DNA from: Coleofasciculus chthonoplastes F2-STO-03
GTDB lineage: Bacteria > Cyanobacteriota > Cyanobacteriia > Cyanobacteriales > Coleofasciculaceae
Length of the DNA: 24,691 nucleotides
Assembly (NCBI GenBank): GCA_040222015.1
Contig: JAVJWO010000068.1
Coordinates: forward strand, 1-24,691
Direction: 5' to 3'
Part shown: piece after piece, positions 1 through 7,219 of the stretch
Layout: each line of letters starts with the position of its first letter
Numbering within the stretch: the stretch's first letter is position 1
Program-made: the position numbers and the translations under genes
Notes under the pieces: generated by a model
Database searches by the model: none
Seen by the model: only the letters and a program-made list of their open reading frames with translations
Told to the model about the DNA's origin: nothing

Positions 1-89
1 CAATCCCTGAGTTCAATTAGACTCTAGATTATTTTTATTAAAACGAATAGAATTCCCGACAACCCCGCAACGGAGAGAATGATAACGGC

Positions 90-192
90 TATAGCGCTTC
101 GCGCTGGTATATTTACAAATTCAGAAATGGATGCTTGATCAAGAGGGATTTAGAACACTTGTACTGTAACTACGCGAGAGCGAACTGCTATA
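90..192. mobile_element. MITE-like element (~103 bp) with imperfect terminal inverted repeats starting TATAGC
   Basis: Left end TATAGCGCTTCGCGCT (90-105); reverse complement of right end (177-192) TATAGCAGTTCGCTCT; 13/16 identical, TA at both ends, no coding capacity. Confidence 0.55.
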
Positions 193-277
193 AAAGCTTA
201 ACGGGGATAACTTCCTGCTTCGATAGCTGAATCTGTTTTCTCAAAATATAGTAATATACTAAAATCCAGCCGATAAT

Positions 278-970
278 ATGTCTGTTAAAATCAATCAATC
301 TTCATTAGTCGAAATTCACAATCTCAACCATTACTTTGGAAAAGATAAATTAATAAAACAAACCTTATTCAACATTAACCTCGAAATTTTTTCAGGCGAA
401 ATCGTCATTATGGAAGGTCAATCAGGATCAGGAAAAACGACACTACTGACGTTAATTGGAGGACTGCGCTCTGTTCAGTCAGGCCGCGTAAAAATTTTAG
501 ATCGTGAGTTGTTTGGGGCTAGCGAAAAACAATTAATGTATATTCGTCGTCAAATTGGCTATATTTTTCAATCTCACAATCTGTTGCGGTTCTTAACGGC
601 TAGGCAAAATGTAAGTATGTCTTTGAAATTACACAACCATCTAAGCCAACAGAACGTTTACGAGCAATCGGTTGCCATGCTCCAGTCAGTAGGATTAGGC
701 GAATATCTAGATTACTATCCAGAAAAGCTTTCCGGGGGACAAAAACAACGCATTGCGATCGCTCGTGCCTTAGTAACTCAACCAAAGCTTGTTCTCGCTG
801 ACGAACCCACCGCATCTTTAGATAAAAACAGTGGTAGAGCTGTGGTCGAATTAATGCAAAAATTAGCGAAGCAACAAGGGTGTTCTATTCTCCTCGTTAC
901 TCACGACAGTCGAATCTTAGATATCGCCGATCGATTAATTCAAATGGAAGATGGTCATTTAATTAGTTAG
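278..970 (+). CDS. devA: DevA-family ABC exporter ATP-binding subunit
   Basis: Walker A GQSGSGKTT, Q-loop IGYIFQSHNL, signature LSGGQKQRIAIARAL, Walker B LVLADEPT, H-loop LVTHD; 230 aa; devB/devC nearby. Confidence 0.92.
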   Translation: MSVKINQSSLVEIHNLNHYFGKDKLIKQTLFNINLEIFSGEIVIMEGQSGSGKTTLLTLIGGLRSVQSGRVKILDRELFGASEKQLMYIRRQIGYIFQSHNLLRFLTARQNVSMSLKLHNHLSQQNVYEQSVAMLQSVGLGEYLDYYPEKLSGGQKQRIAIARALVTQPKLVLADEPTASLDKNSGRAVVELMQKLAKQQGCSILLVTHDSRILDIADRLIQMEDGHLIS

Positions 971-1037
971 GCGAAAATAAATGTAACATACAGTATTTCA
1001 GTTTATTTGGATTATATTGGATAGGCAAAACTTCATA

Positions 1038-1994
1038 CTAAGAAATAATTTCATCAATTGATAAAATAATTTTCCCAACTGCTCTGCCAGTTTCACTGTA
1101 TTGATGAGCGTTCGCAATTTCGGATAGCGCAAATACCTGATCAATGACTATTTCAAGTTTGCCGACTTCAATTAATCGATTGAACAACCTTAAATCTTGA
1201 GCTTTTGATTGAACGGCGATTATTTTTGCTTTTCGCTTTGATAAGATTAAAGTTGTTAATGAAGCGATTAGATTGCCAACAGTGGGTAAGGTTGTAACAT
1301 AGACTCCTGAGTTCGTAAGATTATTAATACATTCCGAAAAATTGCGTTTACCAACTGCATCAAAAATAAGGTCATATTTAATATTTTCTTGCGTAAAATC
1401 CTGCTGAGTATAGTCAATCACTCTATCCGCTCCTAATCGTTTCACTAAGGCTGAATTTTTTTGTCTGCATACTCCAGTCACTTTGGCATAGAGCGCATTA
1501 GAAATTTGAACGGCAAAGATACCAACTCCTCCTGATGCCCCATTAATTAAAACCTTCATTCCTGGCTTAATTTTTCCTAAATCCCACAGTGATTGTAGAG
1601 CTGCTAAACCTGCCACTGGAATAGCTGCTGCTTGCTCAAAGGATATATCCGGAGATTTCAATGCCACTATTTTGGATGGAACAGTGAGATATTGAGCATA
1701 AGCTCCTCCTTTGAGCGGATTAATAAATCCGTAAACCTCATCCCCTACCTGATAGTCTCTCACTTCGGAACCGACTTGCTGGACAATTCCGGCAAAATCA
1801 CAGCCAAGTTTTTTGGGACAAGTCCATCCCGATAATACTTTTAAGTCTCCGCGACGAATTTTCCAATCTATAGGATTGACACTAGAGGCTTTAACTTGAA
1901 CAAGAAGTTCATCAGAATTTGGAATCGGCTTCTCCACATTAATATATTTTAGAACATCAGCCGAACCATAAGAATTAGCTCGAATAGCTTTCAT
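1038..1994 (-). CDS. NAD(P)-dependent medium-chain oxidoreductase (quinone-oxidoreductase/enoyl-reductase-like MDR)
   Basis: MKAI start, SVNPIDWK, LGCDFAGIV, nucleotide-binding INGASGGVG, LGADRVIDY, C-terminal GKIIL; no obvious Zn-ligand cysteine cluster. Start placed at ATG 1994 rather than TTG 2003. Confidence 0.88.
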   Translation of the reverse strand: MKAIRANSYGSADVLKYINVEKPIPNSDELLVQVKASSVNPIDWKIRRGDLKVLSGWTCPKKLGCDFAGIVQQVGSEVRDYQVGDEVYGFINPLKGGAYAQYLTVPSKIVALKSPDISFEQAAAIPVAGLAALQSLWDLGKIKPGMKVLINGASGGVGIFAVQISNALYAKVTGVCRQKNSALVKRLGADRVIDYTQQDFTQENIKYDLIFDAVGKRNFSECINNLTNSGVYVTTLPTVGNLIASLTTLILSKRKAKIIAVQSKAQDLRLFNRLIEVGKLEIVIDQVFALSEIANAHQYSETGRAVGKIILSIDEIIS

Positions 1995-2029
1995 AAAAAA
2001 CAAAAGGTTAACTTGTCATGACTATATTC

Positions 2030-2039
2030 TAACCTACAT
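2030..2039 (-). promoter_or_regulatory. Recurrent upstream motif, copy 1 (plus strand TAACCTACAT)
   Basis: Exact 10-mer about 35 nt upstream of the MDR ATG; on the minus strand it runs into a TAGAAT -10-like hexamer. Confidence 0.4.
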
Positions 2040-2134
2040 TCCGTTTATTTCAGTTTACTCATAATATTAACTCTTCATTAACCTATTTTGCTCTAAGTTA
2101 GTACAATTGCCGATTGCAGACCAAAAATATTCTT

Positions 2135-3283
2135 TTAAAAAATATCGGCTGGATCGGCTGAATTCAGCCTTCGCATCGAAATTAATCCTGAAACACAACA
2201 CATAGCAATTGTTAAAATTAAAACTAAACTGGCTCTATTCACTGTCATCATAATAGGTAAATTTGTAGCATTAGCTGCTAAAGAATACAGTAACATTGTA
2301 ATTGATATGCCTGGAATATATCCCAAAATAGCTAAAATCATCGCTTCTTGAAAAATTACGAAAATAAAATACTTGTTATGATAACCAATTGCTTTTAAAG
2401 TTGCATATTCAGGAAGATGTTCGGAAATGTCAGTATAAAGAATTTGATAAACAATTAAAGTTCCGACAATAAAACCAATTCCTGTCCCCATGGCAAAAAT
2501 AAAACCAATGGCTGTACTTGTTTGCCAATAGCGACGTTCAAAATCAATAAATTCTTCTTGAGAAAAAAGGATGACATCTTGCGGCAAAATATTTCGCAAT
2601 GCTTTTTTAGCACTAATCAGATCAACTCCTTGTTTAAGTTTAATCACTCCCAGATCAACTAAGTCTGGATTTCGACGGGTAAATAATCGATGAAAATTAA
2701 TGTCACTGGTAATTAGATTGCCATCAGCCGCAAAGGATGCACCTAAAGAAAAGAGTCCTCCAATCTTCACTCGACGTTCTTCCATTTCCGTCGTTACCAT
2801 TTCTTGGTTTTGTAATAATTGCGGAATTTTACCAAATTCTTCTCTAGACATTTTATCAAATAAATAAACATCTTTTTGTTTAATTAACTCAATATTTTGA
2901 GTTAATCCTGGCAAATTTAGAGGATTTTTACTGGGATTAATGCCAAACACCAACAAGCCACGAGTTCTGCGATTAGTGGGATTTTTCCAGATCGCAAAAT
3001 CTAAAGAAACAGACGTAGCAGACTGAACTCCTTCGATCGCTAAAGATTGATAAATTCGTCGGCGAGCAAAAGGTTTCATCGTCACACTTGCATTAGATTG
3101 AGGACTGACCAAAAAAATGTCCCCATCAAAGCTTTTATGAAGTTTAACGTTGCTTTCAAATAAAGCGTCTTGAAAACCCAGTTGAACAAACATTAACAAA
3201 TCGGCAAAAGCGATACCAGATAATGCGACTAAAAAACGAATTTTTTCATATTTTAATTGTAACCAAGCTAAAGGTATTTTCAT
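2135..3283 (-). CDS. devC: DevC-family ABC exporter permease (FtsX-like)
   Basis: N-terminal IPLAWLQL..FADLLMFVQLGFQDALF, IVYQILYTDISEHLPEYATLKAIGY, C-terminal ADPADIF; ATGA overlap with devB stop. Confidence 0.93.
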   Translation of the reverse strand: MKIPLAWLQLKYEKIRFLVALSGIAFADLLMFVQLGFQDALFESNVKLHKSFDGDIFLVSPQSNASVTMKPFARRRIYQSLAIEGVQSATSVSLDFAIWKNPTNRRTRGLLVFGINPSKNPLNLPGLTQNIELIKQKDVYLFDKMSREEFGKIPQLLQNQEMVTTEMEERRVKIGGLFSLGASFAADGNLITSDINFHRLFTRRNPDLVDLGVIKLKQGVDLISAKKALRNILPQDVILFSQEEFIDFERRYWQTSTAIGFIFAMGTGIGFIVGTLIVYQILYTDISEHLPEYATLKAIGYHNKYFIFVIFQEAMILAILGYIPGISITMLLYSLAANATNLPIMMTVNRASLVLILTIAMCCVSGLISMRRLNSADPADIF

Positions 3284-4596
3284 AGTAAAATTTTAACTAA
3301 AACCTGTGAATAAGTTAATCGAGACACCCTTAAGCTATCTTGAGAATTTAACTCTATTTTGACGTCAACGACTCGATTATCGACATCTGAAGCAGGATCT
3401 GTATCAAATACTCCTTGTCGATTAATTAACCAGCCAATTTCCGTTACTTTACCCTTTATTTCTCCTGAAAAAGTTCCGTTTTCGCTCTTGATAATCGCGG
3501 ATTGACCCAGATTTACTTGGCTAATATCACTCTCGTAAACTTCTGCTTTTACCATCATTTGTTGAGTTTTTCCTAGTTCGACAATTCCTTTTTCTGGTAA
3601 AATAGTTTCCCCAGGATAACTGTGAATTTTGAGAATTCGCCCAGTAATTGGGGATTTAACATAGGTTAATTCTAGATCTTGTTGCGCCCTAGCAAGAGAA
3701 GCTTGCGCTCTTTCCAACTCTGCTTTTGCCTTCTGGACATCGACATCTCTCACTTCACTAATTTTCTCTAGGGTAGCCTTAGCTTCCTGAATTTGCTGCG
3801 ACAAGGTTTGTTGAGTTTTAATCAGATTGGCTTGAGCTTCACGGATTTCTTGCTCTAAAGTTGCCATCGTTTGCTCAAAAGTTGCTTGAGCTTCTTGTAA
3901 CCGTTTTTTGGCTGTTGCTTGGGTTAAGCGATGACGATCTAATTCAGAGGTAGAAATCGCCCCCTCTTGAGATAATTGTTCATAGCGTTGATATTCAATT
4001 TCAGCATTTTTTAGTTCAGCTTGTAAACGGCTAAGGGTTGCCTGTTGACTGGTTTGTTCTCCCAATCGCTCTGCATTTAACCGATTCAAAGTCGCTTGAT
4101 TAGTCAAATTTTCTCCGTGTAATTGTGCCTCTAATCGTCTAATAGTGGCTTTTTGGGCTTGAATTTCTCCAGGTTTTGCTCCAGCTTTGATAATTGCTAA
4201 ATTAGCCTGAGCCACTTTTACCTCTTGACGAGCTTCTTCAACGGCTGCTTTGAGTGACGCTTCATTTTCCAGAACCGCTACAATTTGATTGGCTTCAACA
4301 GGCTCTCCCTCTTGAACCCGTAATTCAACTACTTTTGCCCCACCCAAGTTAGGAGGAGGAGCTAAACGAATGCTTTTTCCTTTGGGTTCAAGTTGTCCCA
4401 ATGCTGTCACGGCTGTCACTTTTGTCTGGGATGATTCTGCTAGAGCAACTGAGGAAGAGGGAGAAGTATGTCTTATTTTGACAGCATAAAAAATATTGAC
4501 TCCTGTTGCCAGAAGTCCCATTACTGATAGGATCATCGCCCAGCGCATGGTCGGTTTTGGCAAAGGAACTTCTTTGAAAAGAAATTTGATAACCAT
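3280..4596 (-). CDS. devB: DevB-family membrane-fusion (HlyD-like) protein
   Basis: N-terminal TM segment, VTALGQLEP, long coiled coil, VKSPITGRILKI, AEVYESDI, DNRVVDVKI; coupled to devC. Confidence 0.92.
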   Translation of the reverse strand: MVIKFLFKEVPLPKPTMRWAMILSVMGLLATGVNIFYAVKIRHTSPSSSVALAESSQTKVTAVTALGQLEPKGKSIRLAPPPNLGGAKVVELRVQEGEPVEANQIVAVLENEASLKAAVEEARQEVKVAQANLAIIKAGAKPGEIQAQKATIRRLEAQLHGENLTNQATLNRLNAERLGEQTSQQATLSRLQAELKNAEIEYQRYEQLSQEGAISTSELDRHRLTQATAKKRLQEAQATFEQTMATLEQEIREAQANLIKTQQTLSQQIQEAKATLEKISEVRDVDVQKAKAELERAQASLARAQQDLELTYVKSPITGRILKIHSYPGETILPEKGIVELGKTQQMMVKAEVYESDISQVNLGQSAIIKSENGTFSGEIKGKVTEIGWLINRQGVFDTDPASDVDNRVVDVKIELNSQDSLRVSRLTYSQVLVKILL

Positions 4597-4626
4597 GTTG
4601 CTTACACTGAATTTATTTAAGGAAAA

Positions 4627-4679
4627 GCTGAGATGAAAAATAAAGAAAACTTTTGCCTTGCTTGAAACTTCATCTCAGC
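4627..4679 (-). terminator. Stem-loop (possible terminator or mRNA-stabilising hairpin) between the PEP-CTERM gene and devB
   Basis: Perfect 11-bp inverted repeat GCTGAGATGAA (4627-4637)/TTCATCTCAGC (4669-4679), 31-nt loop, followed by TTTTCC on the minus strand; 13 nt after the PEP-CTERM stop. Confidence 0.5.
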
Positions 4680-4692
4680 CGACTGTGAGCTG

Positions 4693-5643
4693 TTAATTTT
4701 GACGACGTTTATTGAACAAGGTAGCGAGTGTCCCTACTAAAAACAAACCGCCAATAGCAGAGGGTTCAGGAACTTGAACCGTTCTTAGGGTCAGTGGTAA
4801 TGGAAAATTGACGATAACATAACCCGTATCAGGATCGAAAATAGGTGTCGGATCTTCAACTACGCTATCTTCTACAACAACTTGCACCTTTCCTCCGTGT
4901 AAATTAACATCTAGTAAAAAGGCATTGGCTAACCCATCTGTTAAGGGATCTAAGCCAGCAACCTTTTGAACCGTTAGGGCTTGGGTTAAAAAGATATCTG
5001 TGTTATCGGTAATGGATTGAGTGGCTCCCTGGTCTAAAACAGCATACAGAGGACTATAGCCCAAGTTAATGAATTTTTTTGTATTGTTTATCACGAGAAA
5101 CGATTCCACTGCATCAGGATCAGCTTGATAAATCCTTTCTTCAATGCTTGAGTCGGGACTTGCCAACCAATCTTGTCCGAGTAAGTCATCTCCCAAATTC
5201 CAAGTTTCCGTAAAAGCTCGATCGTTTTTTTGGCCGTAGCCAAAACCAATCTCATTAAAATTTATGCTATTCTGATTGAGATATTGGAAAAAGTTAGTAA
5301 AGCCAGTCACTCCGTCTAAAGTTCCTGAACGAGTAGCATTACTTTGTTCTGGGCTAGACTGCCGACCCGTGGCATAGTAGGGAGCAATATTTCCGGGAGG
5401 AGAATTTTTACTGATTTCTAGGTGTCCACTATCAGGGGCACTGGGGTCGAGATTAAAAAAAGCCGTTTGTCCCTCATTCTCGTCGGGTTCTCCACTAAAG
5501 GATAGGAAATTATCAGAATTAATAGGTCTAACCGGAATCAGTTGCAGATCGTCAAAATTGATCGATGCAGCTTTAGCTGGCAAGGATGAAATAACTGTCG
5601 TTATGGTCAGACCAAGACAAAAATAAATTGTGCGAGTTTTCAT
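4693..5643 (-). CDS. Secreted PEP-CTERM sorting-domain protein of unknown function
   Basis: Signal peptide MKTRTIYFCLGLTITTVISSLPAKA; C-terminal VPEPS + hydrophobic helix + basic tail NKRRQN; AGGAG RBS at 5653-5657; acidic mature region. Confidence 0.9.
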   Translation of the reverse strand: MKTRTIYFCLGLTITTVISSLPAKAASINFDDLQLIPVRPINSDNFLSFSGEPDENEGQTAFFNLDPSAPDSGHLEISKNSPPGNIAPYYATGRQSSPEQSNATRSGTLDGVTGFTNFFQYLNQNSINFNEIGFGYGQKNDRAFTETWNLGDDLLGQDWLASPDSSIEERIYQADPDAVESFLVINNTKKFINLGYSPLYAVLDQGATQSITDNTDIFLTQALTVQKVAGLDPLTDGLANAFLLDVNLHGGKVQVVVEDSVVEDPTPIFDPDTGYVIVNFPLPLTLRTVQVPEPSAIGGLFLVGTLATLFNKRRQN

Positions 5644-5698
5644 GGCAAACGCTCCTAGTTACAGATTAACTAATATTTTCATTTTATCACAAAAGATA

Positions 5699-5950
5699 TA
5701 TAACAGTCCTAAATAGGTTGTGCCAAAATCCCATACTGAAAAAAGTTTTAAAAAACCGCATATTTGACCATCAGTAAAAAACTTGAATAGCCACTTCACT
5801 ATTTTAACAGAACGGCAAAAATGATAAAAATGCCTAATAAAACTTTTGCATTGTAACCAAATATCCTCTACTGGGTTTTGTTCGGGAGCATTTGGAGAAA
5901 ATTTTTCACAAGTTATCAACCATTTTTCCTCTAATAAACCTTGATTAATT
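5699..5950 (-). mobile_element. IS630-family remnant (3' end of transposase plus probable right end)
   Basis: Translation INQGLLEEKWLITCEKFSPNAPEQNPVEDIWLQ matches the P-x-x-P-E-x-NPxE-x-x-W motif around the catalytic Glu of IS630 DDE transposases; no N-terminal part; ends in TA-TAACAGTCCTAAAT (5699-5714), resembling cyanobacterial IS630 termini as I recall them. Confidence 0.75.
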
Positions 5951-7111
5951 TCATGCTTTTAATTTTCTTCTCATTATTCTCAGCAGCAAAACAATATATA
6001 CAGGAATAAACCCACTAAAAATATAGGAATTTCCCAGTGATTCCATCAGAAAAGCTGCCAAAATCGGTCCAGTAGCATTTCCCAGAGAATAGGTGGTAGT
6101 AAATAAAGCCGTTCCTGCTCCCACATTCTCTTTAGAAACTTGTTCTCCGACTAAGGCTAGACAAAGTGGATACACTGGACCAATACTCGCTCCGGCTAGC
6201 CCAGAAAATAGCAAAAGCAGATAATAATCAGTTAGTGTAATTAAGCCGATACTGGCAATAATTCCCACACAAATACAAATAAACAATACCCTAACTTTAC
6301 TAGATTTATCTGCTACGTTTGTCACTGGAACGGTACTAATCAGACTTCCTACCACAAAAATTGATAAAGTAAAGCCCATTTGGGTGACTGTGTAGTTCTG
6401 TTTTAACAAAAAGACAGGATATAAGGTAATTAGCGTTGCTTCCGCCATTCCATAGGCAAAAATGCCATGAATGGGAAATTGAAAATGTTTCAGCAGATGG
6501 AAAAAGGCAGGACGAGATCCAGATTTAACCCGTAAACTAGAGGGTAAAAACATCCAAACCATAGCCATTGCTGCTACCATCACACCTCCCCCTATTAAAA
6601 AAGCCAAAGAGGGAGATATTTGATAAAAATAAGACCCGATGGCAGGTCCACCAATAAACCCTAATCCCATCGCTAGAAAATATAAGCCACTAACGCTGGC
6701 TCGATTCTGATCACGACAGAAAAGATTGAGAGCCGTTTGACCGCCAATTAGATAAGCACAGACTCCCAATCCCATAACAATACGAATCACAAACCACAGA
6801 CCTAAAAAAGACGTTAATGGAAATAGAGGAGCACTCAGCATCATTAAGAGGCATCCTAAGAAAAGAATCAGACGAATTCCTAACTTACGTAATAGCCTCT
6901 CAACCACAGGTGTGACGAGGGCAATCGTGAGAAAATAGACAGTAGAAGTCGCACCAATCCACAGCTCACTAACTTGATGCTGTTCCATAAAGGTTGACAT
7001 CAAGGGATTAAATATCCCAACCGTCACTCCAAACAGAAAGGACAGTCCATACAAAGTTAACAGGGACATAGAAGAGGGTAATGAGGAACGATCAGGAGAT
7101 ATAGTTGGCAT
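5951..7111 (-). CDS. Major facilitator superfamily transporter
   Basis: 386 aa, about 12 hydrophobic segments, motif-A-like loops (ERLLRKLGIR; NVADKSSKVR), GFIGGPAIG. Confidence 0.9.
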   Translation of the reverse strand: MPTISPDRSSLPSSMSLLTLYGLSFLFGVTVGIFNPLMSTFMEQHQVSELWIGATSTVYFLTIALVTPVVERLLRKLGIRLILFLGCLLMMLSAPLFPLTSFLGLWFVIRIVMGLGVCAYLIGGQTALNLFCRDQNRASVSGLYFLAMGLGFIGGPAIGSYFYQISPSLAFLIGGGVMVAAMAMVWMFLPSSLRVKSGSRPAFFHLLKHFQFPIHGIFAYGMAEATLITLYPVFLLKQNYTVTQMGFTLSIFVVGSLISTVPVTNVADKSSKVRVLFICICVGIIASIGLITLTDYYLLLLFSGLAGASIGPVYPLCLALVGEQVSKENVGAGTALFTTTYSLGNATGPILAAFLMESLGNSYIFSGFIPVYIVLLLRIMRRKLKA

Positions 7112-7173
7112 GAGAATAAAGAATCTATAAACAACTTATATTTTGGCTTAAATGCTGCGAACGAGTTGTGGAA

Positions 7174-7211
7174 AGCTAGGGAATATAAAATTATAGTTTT
7201 ATCCCCTAGCT
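7174..7211 (-). terminator. Stem-loop immediately downstream of the NRPS stop
   Basis: AGCTAGGG (7174-7181)/CCCTAGCT (7204-7211) with inner ATAAAA/TTTTAT pairing; only a short T run follows on the minus strand. Confidence 0.45.
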
Positions 7212-7219
7212 AGGAGAAA

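Noticed and set aside
1..89. Possible gene end or RNA element at the left edge
   Set aside because: Too short and no recognisable motif; no tRNA or rRNA signature seen here or elsewhere in the window.
5659..5919. 86-aa ORF as an intact gene
   Set aside because: C-terminal IS630 transposase fragment; similarity starts upstream of the TTG and decays near the end.
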